Assembly (NCBI GenBank): GCA_051747965.1
Contig: JBNJGS010000009.1
Coordinates: 2,965-59,620, forward strand
DNA from: Bacteroidota bacterium
GTDB taxonomy: Bacteria > Bacteroidota > Bacteroidia > Bacteroidales > ML635J-15
Length of the DNA stretch: 56,656 nucleotides
Direction of reading: 5' to 3'
In this document: positions 1 to 9,746 of the stretch, in pieces
Layout: each line of letters begins with the position of its first letter
How positions within the stretch are numbered: position 1 is the first letter of the stretch
Notes under the pieces: generated by a model
The model's input: only the letters and a program-made list of their open reading frames with translations
The model's database searches: none
Told to the model about the DNA's origin: nothing
Translations under genes and position numbers: made by a program

Positions 1-584
1 CCCGACTCACCAAATGTACCTTAAATGAGTGAGGAAGAATAAATTCAGGCATCTTTCTCCACAGGTACGGCCCGGACACAGGTAAAACCGGCATATGCTA
101 AACAGCACTTTCACGCAAGGTTTTGGTTATGCCAGACAAAGCAGGGCATTTGTAGAGGCAGGCTACGGATACTACAAAAAACTTTCGGAGCTTTTTCGAT
201 TCGGTTTTTTGGAGATTCGGGATATGGCATTCTTAACCATTACGCTTTTTACGAATATGAATCCAGCAATTACCGGCAGGAGAAATACAAGATCCGTCAA
301 TTCAGAATATTTGCACAACCGGCCATAGGAACAACATCGACATCCTCGGATTTTTGTAATGCAACAAGAATAGCTGTTCTGGATTTTTATCAGCCTGATG
401 TAAATATTGCCAGTCTGTTTATTACACCGGCCCTGATAAGCCGTTTTGGATACAGATCGCTAAAATTCACCATAGACATGGGGTTTTCCAGGCAATTCGG
501 GCCGATTACGGGCCCCAGAAGAATATATCCCCGTTTATGTTTATCAGTTTCGGAATCTGCCTGAATCTCAATCGTATTTTTTGA
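1..584 (+). pseudogene. Decayed gene for a Bacteroidota outer-membrane beta-barrel-like hypothetical protein (5' part lies outside the window)
   Basis: Protein-like text is spread over several frames. Frame 1 reads PNVP*MSEEE*IQASFSTGT..AYA with in-frame stops; the 95-frame reads FVEAGYGYYKKL..FRF. After a shift near 205-210 it reads GYG..FRIFAQPAIG..LFITPALISRFGYRSLKFTIDMGFS, and after a shift near 500 it reads SPFMFISFGICLNLNRIF* (stop 582-584). Alternating beta-strand pattern and terminal Phe. Confidence 0.65.
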
Positions 585-713
585 TTGACAGAATGCTCAA
601 TGATATTACTATCTGATGTGCCGAAAACAGGATTCAATCATTTGCTTTTACAATAAACAGGCAACTATTTGATAAATTTAACGTATCTTGGGATAAAATA
701 AAAATCTGTTTCA

Positions 714-2444
714 ATGGCACCTTCCTACAATAATCACAAAAGCGAAGAACACAAAAGCCATGCAGCTTCTGATAATTCTGCCATTCTCTACAACAGTATT
801 CGTGATGCTGTCCTTATTGTTGACAAAAACCGCAGAATCACTGATTGCAATCCTGCTTTCACTCAATTGTTCGGATATTCTCTGGATGAAATTCACGGCA
901 AGACCACTGAATTCATATACAGAGACAAATCAACATATGAGAAAATGGGTAAAAAAATCAAAGAAATACCTGATCCTGATTTCATTTTCACCATTTCATA
1001 CAAGAAAAAAAACGGAAACATCTTTCCCGGAGAAACGAGTGTTTTCCCATTGAAAAACAGTGATGGAAAACAATTGGGAATAGTAGGTATGATCAGGGAT
1101 ATCTCAAAGCAGCTGGAAGCTGAAGAGCTTGTTAAAAATGAGGAAAAAAAATACAGAACCATTTTCCATGAGTCACCCATCGGGATTCTACATTATGACA
1201 TAGATGGCGAAATCATAGATTGCAATAAGAAATTAACTGAGATATTAGGTACGGATAAGAATAAAGTAATCGGGATGCGGATGTTTGAAGTTCTTAAAGA
1301 TAAGGCATTTTTGTCGGCAATTCGTAACTCCCTCACAAACGGATCAGGATATTATGAAGATATTTATGAGGCGGTAACATCAGGAAAGAAAAATCCTGTC
1401 CGGGCCAGGCTCAAGGGAATAAAAGACGATACCGGCAAAATCACTTCAGGCATGGGCCTGGTTGAGGATACCACAGAAACAGAACAACGAGCCAGGGAAT
1501 TACGGAAAAGTGAAGAAAAGTACAGGCTCATCGTTGAGAATCAAACCGACATGCTTGTTAAAACAGACCTTGAGGGCAGGTTTTTATTTGTCAGTCCTTC
1601 CTATTGCGCTGCCTTTGGCAAATCAGAAGACGAGTTGCTTGGGAAAAAATTTATGCCGCTGGTACATGAAGATGACAGAGAATACACTGAAAAAGCAATG
1701 CAGGACCTCCATGCTCCACCGCATACTGCCTACCTGGAACAGCGTGCCTTCACAAAAGACGGATGGCGCTGGCTGGCGTGGGTTGATACGGGAATTACCA
1801 ACAATGAGGGCAGGCTCATTGAGATCATGGGTGTGGGCAGGGATATTACAGCACAAAAAGAAGCAGAACACAAACTAGCAGACCAACAGAGACAGTTGTC
1901 ATCCCTCATCAGCAGTCTGCCGGGTTTTGTCTACCGGTGTAAAAACGATGAATTCTGGACAATGCTATACATCAGCAAAGGTTGCAAAACCATAACAGGA
2001 TACGGTCCGGAAGCACTGACCAACAATGAAACACTCGCATACAATGACCTGATAGAACCGGAATACCGTGAAGCTATTTATAAAAACTGGCAAAAAGCCA
2101 TTCAAAACAAAACACAGTATGAAGGAGAATACCAATTGAGAACAGCAGACAATGAATTGCGGTGGATTTGGGAGCGTGGCAGAGGAGTATATGATGAAAA
2201 TAACAACCTGCTTTTTCTTGAAGGATATATTGAAGACATCACCAAACGAAAACAAGCGCAGAGTGAACTGCAAAAACTGAGGGATGATCTGAAAAGACAG
2301 GTCAGCGAAAAAACAGGAGAGTTGCAGGAGAGAATTGCCGAGCTGGAACGCTTTCACAGAGCAACCATAGAAAGGGAATTCAGAATAAAGGAGCTCACTG
2401 ATGAAATTGAAAGGCTAAAAGAGGAAAACAACAGAAACATATGA
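714..2444 (+). CDS. Multi-PAS (about 4 PAS/PAC) sensor protein with C-terminal coiled coil and no output domain
   Basis: Repeated PAS signatures (NPAFTQLFGY, SPIGILHYD, FVSPSYCAAFG, LPGFVYRCKND..YISKGC) and PAC ends (RDIS, EDTT, RDIT, EDIT). Ends ELERFHRATIEREFRIKEL; no H-box or G-boxes. Confidence 0.85.
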   Translation: MAPSYNNHKSEEHKSHAASDNSAILYNSIRDAVLIVDKNRRITDCNPAFTQLFGYSLDEIHGKTTEFIYRDKSTYEKMGKKIKEIPDPDFIFTISYKKKNGNIFPGETSVFPLKNSDGKQLGIVGMIRDISKQLEAEELVKNEEKKYRTIFHESPIGILHYDIDGEIIDCNKKLTEILGTDKNKVIGMRMFEVLKDKAFLSAIRNSLTNGSGYYEDIYEAVTSGKKNPVRARLKGIKDDTGKITSGMGLVEDTTETEQRARELRKSEEKYRLIVENQTDMLVKTDLEGRFLFVSPSYCAAFGKSEDELLGKKFMPLVHEDDREYTEKAMQDLHAPPHTAYLEQRAFTKDGWRWLAWVDTGITNNEGRLIEIMGVGRDITAQKEAEHKLADQQRQLSSLISSLPGFVYRCKNDEFWTMLYISKGCKTITGYGPEALTNNETLAYNDLIEPEYREAIYKNWQKAIQNKTQYEGEYQLRTADNELRWIWERGRGVYDENNNLLFLEGYIEDITKRKQAQSELQKLRDDLKRQVSEKTGELQERIAELERFHRATIEREFRIKELTDEIERLKEENNRNI

Positions 2445-2513
2445 TGAATATCCAATCAGGAAAACAAAATGACAAAAATACCGGGACGTCAAACCTGTGA
2501 AAAACAATCTCTT

Positions 2514-4682
2514 ATGAGAAAAAAGCTCATTATAATCACCATTCTGACAGCAATTTTCGTGTTGCCTGGTATAATGCAGGCACAGGTACAGTTTACTGCA
2601 ATTGGTTTTTCCGAAGACACCATTCTCATTGGTTGCGAGCCTGACTATCCCCCCTATTGCATGGTTGATGAAAACGGGAACCCGTCAGGATTTTCAATTG
2701 ACCTTTTTCAGGCCACTGCGGATGCAACGGGCTTAAATCTGAACATAAAAATCGGTATCTGGGAAAAAATCAAACGTGAGCTGGCCAATGGAGAACTGGA
2801 TGCTCTGCCTCTTGTTGGCCGTACTCCTGAACGGGAAGAAATATTTGATTTCACCATGCCTTACCTGTCGCTGCATGGTGCTGTCTTTGTAAGAAACGGC
2901 ACAAAAGGCATTGATAATCTCAGCGATCTGAAAGGCAAGGAAATTGTGGTAATGAGGGGAGACAATGCCGAGGAATTTGTCAGACGGGACAGCATTTCTG
3001 AAAAAATATTCACAACCCAAACCTATGAACAGGCGTTTAAAGAACTGGCACAGGGAAAATACGACGCACTCATCACACAAAGAATTACCGGCATCACACT
3101 ACTGGAAGAGTTGGACATAAAATCCGTAGCACCACTGGATTTTCACATCCCGGAATTCAGACAGGACTTTTGTTTTGCTGTTCAGGAAGGAGATTCAGCC
3201 ACACTGGCCAGGCTCAATGAAGGATTGTCAATCATCATAGCCAACAACACGTATGACAATTTAAAGGAAAAATGGTTCGGAGTGGATAATGACAGCAGTT
3301 TTGACAGGGAAGCCTTTGTCAATCTTTTACTGTATATTCTTATTCCTTTATCCATACTGCTCATTGGTCTTTGGATTTTCACCCTCCGTAAAGAGGTTAA
3401 GAGAAGAACCAGGAGCCTGCATTCCGAGATTATTAAACATAAAGCAACCCTGGAGAATCTGAACAGGCAGAATATTTTTCTGAATGAACTGGAAAAGACA
3501 TCAAAAACCGGTGGCTGGGAATTCGACAAGAATACACAGACCCTTTTCTGGACATCAGGCACCTATGCCATATTTGGTGTAAGTGAAAACGATTTTAAGC
3601 CGAGCCCGGATAATGCCCTGTCATTTTATCGTCCCAAAGACCGGCAAATCCTCACTGAAGCATTTCTGAAACTCATGGAGAGCGGCCAAAGCTACAGCCT
3701 TACTTTACAGATCAAGACCGATACAGGAGAACAAAAATGGATTAAAACCATGGGCAAAGCAGAATACCGACATGGAGAAATCAGCAAAATATACGGCAAT
3801 ATAGCAGATATCACAGAAGTAAAATCCAAAGAAATTGCTCTTACAAAATTAACCAATGAGCTGGAACTGAAGGTAGAGGAAAGAACCAGGGAACTAAACG
3901 AAAAAGTAGCATATCTTGACAAAAGTCAAACAGCCATGTTATATATGGTAGAGGACCTCAACAAACGAACAGAAGAGTTAAAGGAGGAACGCCGGAAGCT
4001 GAAGCACTCCAATCAGGAACTGGAAGCATTTACTTATTCTGTATCACATGACCTGAGGGCTCCCCTGCGGGCCATCAATGGCTTTGCAAAGTTTTTACTT
4101 GAAGATTTTGCCGACAAGATTGATGACGAAGGCAAACGCTATATTCACACCATCCGGAACAATGCGGCAAAGATGGATCAGTTAATCTCAGATTTGCTTA
4201 ACCTCTCACGCGTATCCCGTTCCAGAATTGAGCTTACTGAAACTGACATGACTGCTGTTGCAAAAGCCATGTACCATGAAATCGCCTCCGAAAAAGAAAA
4301 GAAATCATTTGATATTACCGTAGCAGACATGCCCGAAGCAAAAACCGATATCAACCTGATAAAACAGGTATGGCAAAACCTGATCAGCAATGCACTAAAA
4401 TACAGCTCAAAATCAAACACAAAAATCATTGAGATATATGCAGAAAAAACAAAAGACAAGATAACATATACTATTAAAGACCATGGTGCCGGGTTCGATC
4501 CCAAATACAAACATAAACTGTTTGGCGTTTTTCAACGACTACACAGCGAAAAGGAATTTGAAGGAACCGGTGTCGGACTTGCTATCGTCAAAAGAATTAT
4601 CAACAGACACGGAGGTGAAGTCAATGTGGAAAGTGAAATTAACAAAGGAACTGTCGTTTCTTTTACGATCCCGGAATCTTAA
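2514..4682 (+). CDS. Sensor histidine kinase: periplasmic family-3 solute-binding domain, TM, PAS, HisKA, HATPase
   Basis: Signal peptide MRKKLIIITILT..AQ; SBP motif DYPPY..GFSIDL; TM helix LLYILIPLSILLIGLWIF; H-box FTYSVSHDLRAPLR; N-box NLISNALKY; DHGAGF; GTGVGL. The ORF track starts at 2469, but 2514 fits the signal peptide. Confidence 0.9.
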   Translation: MRKKLIIITILTAIFVLPGIMQAQVQFTAIGFSEDTILIGCEPDYPPYCMVDENGNPSGFSIDLFQATADATGLNLNIKIGIWEKIKRELANGELDALPLVGRTPEREEIFDFTMPYLSLHGAVFVRNGTKGIDNLSDLKGKEIVVMRGDNAEEFVRRDSISEKIFTTQTYEQAFKELAQGKYDALITQRITGITLLEELDIKSVAPLDFHIPEFRQDFCFAVQEGDSATLARLNEGLSIIIANNTYDNLKEKWFGVDNDSSFDREAFVNLLLYILIPLSILLIGLWIFTLRKEVKRRTRSLHSEIIKHKATLENLNRQNIFLNELEKTSKTGGWEFDKNTQTLFWTSGTYAIFGVSENDFKPSPDNALSFYRPKDRQILTEAFLKLMESGQSYSLTLQIKTDTGEQKWIKTMGKAEYRHGEISKIYGNIADITEVKSKEIALTKLTNELELKVEERTRELNEKVAYLDKSQTAMLYMVEDLNKRTEELKEERRKLKHSNQELEAFTYSVSHDLRAPLRAINGFAKFLLEDFADKIDDEGKRYIHTIRNNAAKMDQLISDLLNLSRVSRSRIELTETDMTAVAKAMYHEIASEKEKKSFDITVADMPEAKTDINLIKQVWQNLISNALKYSSKSNTKIIEIYAEKTKDKITYTIKDHGAGFDPKYKHKLFGVFQRLHSEKEFEGTGVGLAIVKRIINRHGGEVNVESEINKGTVVSFTIPES

Positions 4683-4740
4683 ATCAAGACAAAACAGAAT
4701 AATTTATTTACTGGACTGAGTATTTACAAACAAAACTGAC

Positions 4741-5184
4741 ATGGATAATCTAAACAACACAGAAATACTGATCGTAGAAGACAACCCCAATGATGCTGAA
4801 ATGACGGTTCGTGCTTTCAAACAAAACAATTTAACCAACAATATCACATTGGTTGATGACGGGGACAAAGCACTTGACTTTATTTTTGCCAGGGGCAAAT
4901 ATGCAAAACGAAACATCCGCAACAGGCCCAAAGTTATTTTACTGGACCTGAAATTGCCCCGGGTTGACGGGCTTGAGGTATTAAGACAAATCAAAAGCAA
5001 TCAGGAAACCAAATATATTCCGGTCATTGTTCTGACATCCTCCTCTGAGGAGTCAGATATGATACAAAGTTACGATCTGGGAGTCAACAGTTATATCATT
5101 AAACCGGTAGATTTTGATAAATTTGTTGCAGCAGTACAAAACCTTGGATTATATTGGTTGTTACTCAATGCACTACCGGAATAA
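4741..5184 (+). CDS. Stand-alone response regulator receiver (Rcp1-like)
   Basis: [45 protein letters not shown] tail typical of Rcp1-type receivers. Confidence 0.9.
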   Translation: MDNLNNTEILIVEDNPNDAEMTVRAFKQNNLTNNITLVDDGDKALDFIFARGKYAKRNIRNRPKVILLDLKLPRVDGLEVLRQIKSNQETKYIPVIVLTSSSEESDMIQSYDLGVNSYIIKPVDFDKFVAAVQNLGLYWLLLNALPE

Positions 5185-5250
5185 TCCGTGCATAAAACGC
5201 TTTGGCGGGAACATTTATCAGATATCATTTAAGTATCAAAAAAAGCAAAC

Positions 5251-7563
5251 ATGACAGCATCAAAAGAAAAAATCAGAATTTTGTTTGTGGAGGATATCCC
5301 AACAGATTTTGAGCTGGCACAAAGAGCAATCAGGAAAGAAAAGATTGACTTCGAATACAGGCTGGTTGAAACAGAGGAAGATTTTATCAGAGACCTGAAA
5401 AACTTCAAGCCCGACATTGTGGTGTCAGACTATTCCATGCCGGTTTTTGACGGGATGCGTGCTTTGAAAATCAATCTGGCACAAAATCGCCGGGTGCCTT
5501 TCATCATTCTTACAGGATCAATGAATGAAGAAACTGCTGTAAAGTGTATGAAAGCAGGTGCCGATGATTATGTACTCAAAGAAAAAATCACACGTCTGCC
5601 ATTTGCCATAACTGAAGCCATTGAAAAACAGACAGCCATTGCAGAAAAACAAAAGGTTGAACAACAGTTAATCAACAGTCTGCATGAATATAAGGATTTG
5701 ATCAACGGAATGAATGAAACCGTTTGGATCATTTCTACTGACGGCATATTGCTGGATGTCAATCAAAGAGCAGAAATCACACTGGGTTTTACCCGTGAAG
5801 AACTGCGCAAAAATGGTCTTACAAACATTGATGCTTTACACGATCAAGACTGGATTGACAATATGATCAGGAATTTAAAAGAGGGCAGAATTCAGGTTTT
5901 TGAAACAATACACATAACCAAAAATGGCAAACATATTCCGGTTGAAATCAGCTCCAGTCTGATTAAATACCAGGGGCAAACAGCTGTATTAAGTGTTGCC
6001 CGGGACATTACCGAAAGGAAAAAAGCCAAAGAACAGATAAAACTTCTGAGCAGGGCTGTGGAGCAAAACCCGATTGCCATTGAAATAACAGATAAAGACG
6101 GAAACATTGAATACGTTAACCCGGTTTTCACGGAAATCACCGGATTTCGGGCTGATGAAGTCATAGGCAAAACACCACGGATTTTCAATTCAGGCTACCA
6201 TTCTTCCAGCTTTTACAAGGAGCTGTGGGATACAATCACAGCAGGCAGGACATGGCACGGAGAACTCAGAAATAAAACAAAAAGCGGAAGAACATACTGG
6301 GAACAGGCTACAATATCGCCCATATTTAATGAAAAAGAAGAAATCATTCACTTTCTGGCCATCAAAGAGGACATTACAAAAAAGAAAAAAATGCTGGAAG
6401 ACCTGGTTGCCGCCAAAGAAAAAGCTGAGGAAAGCGACCATCTCAAATCAGCCTTTCTTGCCAACATGAGCCATGAAATACGCACACCCATGAATGGTAT
6501 TCTGGGCTTTACCGATTTGTTGTCGGAACCCAGGCTCACCGAAGAAGAAAAAACCATGTACATAGACATCATCCAGAGAAGTGGCCAACGCATGCTGGAA
6601 ACACTGAATGATATTATTGAGGTTTCAAAAATCGATACCGGACAAGTTCAGCTTCAGGAAAAGAAAACAGATCCCTGGAAAATCATTCTGGAGCTATATA
6701 ATTTCTTCCTGCCCGAAGCTGAGAAAAAGGGTCTGAAACTAGAGCTCAGCAATACAGAACCGGCGGAACGGCTAATATTTCTCAGTGATGAAAACAAGAT
6801 CAGCTCAATTCTGACCAATTTGATTAAGAATGCCTTGAAATTCACCTCCAAAGGAGAAATCAGAATGGGCTATAATATCCGAAACGAAACACTGGATTTC
6901 TTTGTAGAGGACACCGGGATTGGGATTCCAGACAACAGGCAGAAGGCCATATTTGAACGCTTCATTAAATCAGACCTGCAAGATAAAAAAGCATTTCAGG
7001 GTTCAGGCCTGGGACTGGCCATAAGCAAATCATACGCGGAAATGCTGGGCGGTACTATTCAGCTCACATCAGAACCAGGTTACGGAACAAAATTTATCGT
7101 AAGCCTGCCAGCCCGGTTCACCGCCAATGAGACAGACGGTGGGCAGGAAAACTCTGACAATACCCATTCCACATTGCCTGAGGCAAGCAGCAGAAAAATC
7201 AATATACTGATCGCAGATGATGACCCTGCCGCCAGAAAATTGCTTTCCCTGATAGTTAAAAAGTACGCAAGTGAAATTTCCTATGCGACAACAGGCACAG
7301 AGGCTGTAGAACTATGCAAAAACAAACCCGCAACCGATGTGGTTCTGATGGACATCAAAATGCCCGGAATGGACGGGCTGGAAGCGACACGCCAAATCAG
7401 AAAATTCAATCCGGACATTCTTCTGATCGCCCAAACAGCTTTTGCAGGAAAAGATGATAAGGAAAAGGCACTGGCTGCAGGTTGCAATCACTATATCTCA
7501 AAACCAATTAAGAATACAGAACTCATCAAACTGATCAATCAACATTTCGACATCAGCAAATAA
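5251..7563 (+). CDS. Hybrid kinase REC-PAS-PAS-HisKA-HATPase-REC
   Basis: N-terminal REC (VSDYSMP); two PAS; FLANMSHEIRTPMNGI; NLIKNALKFT; DTGIGI; GSGLGL; C-terminal REC (LMDIKMPGMDG, YISKP). Confidence 0.92.
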   Translation: MTASKEKIRILFVEDIPTDFELAQRAIRKEKIDFEYRLVETEEDFIRDLKNFKPDIVVSDYSMPVFDGMRALKINLAQNRRVPFIILTGSMNEETAVKCMKAGADDYVLKEKITRLPFAITEAIEKQTAIAEKQKVEQQLINSLHEYKDLINGMNETVWIISTDGILLDVNQRAEITLGFTREELRKNGLTNIDALHDQDWIDNMIRNLKEGRIQVFETIHITKNGKHIPVEISSSLIKYQGQTAVLSVARDITERKKAKEQIKLLSRAVEQNPIAIEITDKDGNIEYVNPVFTEITGFRADEVIGKTPRIFNSGYHSSSFYKELWDTITAGRTWHGELRNKTKSGRTYWEQATISPIFNEKEEIIHFLAIKEDITKKKKMLEDLVAAKEKAEESDHLKSAFLANMSHEIRTPMNGILGFTDLLSEPRLTEEEKTMYIDIIQRSGQRMLETLNDIIEVSKIDTGQVQLQEKKTDPWKIILELYNFFLPEAEKKGLKLELSNTEPAERLIFLSDENKISSILTNLIKNALKFTSKGEIRMGYNIRNETLDFFVEDTGIGIPDNRQKAIFERFIKSDLQDKKAFQGSGLGLAISKSYAEMLGGTIQLTSEPGYGTKFIVSLPARFTANETDGGQENSDNTHSTLPEASSRKINILIADDDPAARKLLSLIVKKYASEISYATTGTEAVELCKNKPATDVVLMDIKMPGMDGLEATRQIRKFNPDILLIAQTAFAGKDDKEKALAAGCNHYISKPIKNTELIKLINQHFDISK

Positions 7564-7574
7564 CTATCCCCGTC

Positions 7575-8249
7575 ATGGAAATCATACATCAGGAAGAAAC
7601 CTTTGCCATCGTCAATAAACCAGCAGGCCTGGCAGTCACAAAAAACAGTTACATGCAGCTTGATGCTGATTACCTCAACAAGCAGGCGGCTGAAGTCTTC
7701 AAAGAAAATATTTACAATCCACACAGACTGGATGCAAAAACATCCGGACTGATTATTCTCTGCTTTGACAAAGAGACAACAGAGTTATTTAATGCCATGT
7801 TCAGGCAGAAAAATATCAAAAAAACATATACGGCCATCACGAAAGGTTCGGTGCCGGAAGAGGGGCAAGCTGACAAGCCGGTTTTTGACCGGAAAAAAGG
7901 CAAAAAACTGCCTGCAGTGACATCTTACAAACGGCTGGAGCAGGTTGATACAGGTGAAAAAGACAAAAACGGAGATGATCTGTACCTGAATCTTCTGGAA
8001 ATTGAAATTGAGACCGGCAGATGGCACCAAATCAGGCAGCATTTATCCGGATTCCGTTATGATATCATTGGTGACACGCAACACGGCGACTGGGACCTCA
8101 ACAAACATATCAGAGAAAAAACGGGGCTCAACCGACTGTTCCTGCATGCATCAGGACTCACTTTTGCCCATCCCCGTGATAAAAATGTTGTATCATTGAC
8201 CGCTCCAAAACCTATCTGCTTTAATGAATTACTACAGTACTATAAATAG
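7575..8249 (+). CDS. RluA/TruC-family RNA pseudouridine synthase
   Basis: VNKPAGL; catalytic HRLDAKTSG; TGRWHQIRQH; IIGD; LFLHA. Confidence 0.9.
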   Translation: MEIIHQEETFAIVNKPAGLAVTKNSYMQLDADYLNKQAAEVFKENIYNPHRLDAKTSGLIILCFDKETTELFNAMFRQKNIKKTYTAITKGSVPEEGQADKPVFDRKKGKKLPAVTSYKRLEQVDTGEKDKNGDDLYLNLLEIEIETGRWHQIRQHLSGFRYDIIGDTQHGDWDLNKHIREKTGLNRLFLHASGLTFAHPRDKNVVSLTAPKPICFNELLQYYK

Positions 8250-8319
8250 TTAAGATCACACAAAAATCTGATATATTTTTCTTACATTGCCAGGCATACA
8301 AACCAAAACAAATTACATT

Positions 8320-8664
8320 ATGAGAAATTTATTGACAGCTTTTATTGCCGTAGTATTTGCGCTGGGTTTTACCGCCTGCGGAGGTGGAAATGATGTAGAA
8401 GTATCTGAAGAAATGCAGGGATTCATGACAAAAATTGAAAACACCAATTCAATCATGGATGCAGCAGAAGCTTATGATTATGAAGCAGATGAAATGCCAC
8501 TTGACCTCTACACACTTGAAGAGCCCACGGTGAAATCCGTCAAAGAAGAAGATGGCAAAACCATTTACACCATGAATGTAAAACATGGCATGATAGACAG
8601 TGATGTCATGATTTGCTGGAAAGATGAAAAAGTCGTCAACATCAAAGAAACACCGGCTGAGTAA
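8320..8664 (+). CDS. Small acidic lipoprotein, hypothetical
   Basis: Lipoprotein signal MRNLLTAFIAVVFALGFTA-C; ATG at 8320 preceded by an A-rich tract; followed by a terminator. Confidence 0.75.
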   Translation: MRNLLTAFIAVVFALGFTACGGGNDVEVSEEMQGFMTKIENTNSIMDAAEAYDYEADEMPLDLYTLEEPTVKSVKEEDGKTIYTMNVKHGMIDSDVMICWKDEKVVNIKETPAE

Positions 8665-8683
8665 GAAACAGTCAAAAAACATT

Positions 8684-8716
8684 AAAGCCGGTTCCTGAAG
8701 GGATCGGTTTTTTTTT
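8684..8716 (+). terminator. Intrinsic terminator
   Basis: GCCGGTTCC-TGAA-GGGATCGGT hairpin (with G-U pairs) followed by a T-run. Confidence 0.75.
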
Positions 8717-8826
8717 GTCCGTTATGTCAATGAAACCGAACAAGGGAAATGGAGAAAGGGAAAAGTAGGGAAACATTTGATGTTTTCTTTAAAAATCAAC
8801 ACAGGTAAAACATTCTTTGTCAGGCA

Positions 8827-9657
8827 TCAAAGCAATCTGATGCCACCTGCTTCCATGACAATTCTCCTGTCTCTGAGCAATTTACCGACAGCTTTTTTAA
8901 ATGCCTTTTTGCTCATGCCAAGCCTTTGGTTGATTTCAGCCGGGGAAGATTTGTCATTGAGCGGAAGATATCCCTGTCCTGCTTCAAGTGCTTCCAGCAG
9001 GTTTTGCAAATGCGTTTCCACACTGCTCTCATAACCCAGAGGTTCCAGGCTGAGATCAATTTTTCCGTCAGGCCGGACTTGCTTTACCCAGGCCTGTAGT
9101 TTATCTCCGGGATGCACATTTCTATGGATATCGGAATGAAACACAAGACCACTGTATTTGCCGTTAACTACTGCACTGATGCCTTTATCACCGGCTTTGT
9201 GCAGCAATATCTGAACTTCCTCTCCGGCCTTGAGATCAACATCCTCAAACTGCAGGTAGCGGTTTATTTTGGCTGAGCCGATCATGCGATTGGTTTTTTC
9301 ATCCCGCAATACGTAAATCAGACAATCTCTGCCTTCAGACAACTTCTCATTTTGTTCGGCAAAAGGCACCAGCAACTCTTTAGGCAAACCCCAGTCAACA
9401 AATGCACCGAAGCGGTTGACATCTGTTACCTTCATCCAGGCAAACTCCCCGGCCTCGGCCAGTGGCTTGCCGGTAACTGCAACCGGTCGGTCAGAGGAAT
9501 CCTTATATACAAACACCTCAATCTGATCTCCCGGCTTCAGGGAATCCGGACAATAAGCGGTGGGCAGTAAGACTTCTTCCCCACTTTCATCTGTAAGATA
9601 AAAGCCGTGTTCTGATTTTTCTTTCGCTTCCAGGTAATTTGTTTTGCCGATTTCCAT
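8827..9657 (-). CDS. cvfB: CvfB-family S1 RNA-binding protein
   Basis: MEIGKTNYL, VFVYKDSSDR, GAFVDWGLPKELLVP, DGKIDLSL, C-terminal winged helix MSKKAFKKAVG; start moved to Met19 of the listed ORF. Confidence 0.85.
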   Translation of the reverse strand: MEIGKTNYLEAKEKSEHGFYLTDESGEEVLLPTAYCPDSLKPGDQIEVFVYKDSSDRPVAVTGKPLAEAGEFAWMKVTDVNRFGAFVDWGLPKELLVPFAEQNEKLSEGRDCLIYVLRDEKTNRMIGSAKINRYLQFEDVDLKAGEEVQILLHKAGDKGISAVVNGKYSGLVFHSDIHRNVHPGDKLQAWVKQVRPDGKIDLSLEPLGYESSVETHLQNLLEALEAGQGYLPLNDKSSPAEINQRLGMSKKAFKKAVGKLLRDRRIVMEAGGIRLL

Positions 9658-9661
9658 GCAA

Positions 9662-9669
9662 CAAAGATA
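9662..9669 (-). promoter_or_regulatory. Bacteroidota primary-sigma -7 element (TATCTTTG) for cvfB
   Basis: Reverse complement of CAAAGATA matches TAnnTTTG; 4 nt separate it from the ATG at 9657. Confidence 0.6.
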
Positions 9670-9746
9670 AGAAAGAAAAAAGGATTGCCTGACATGATGG
9701 AATTTAAGCAAGAAGATGAACTACCTGCTGGTATGAGGATTTCTGC

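Noticed and set aside
95-328. 77-aa ORF as an independent gene
   Set aside because: Only its first ~38 codons look protein-like; it is one frame of the frameshifted pseudogene at 1-584
2514-5184. Bacteriophytochrome (Cph1/Rcp1) light sensor
   Set aside because: The kinase core and receiver are of that type, but no GAF/PHY chromophore module is present
8740-8775. Three AGGGAAA repeats in a purine-rich spacer
   Set aside because: Too short and irregularly spaced; lies between convergent gene ends with no supporting structure
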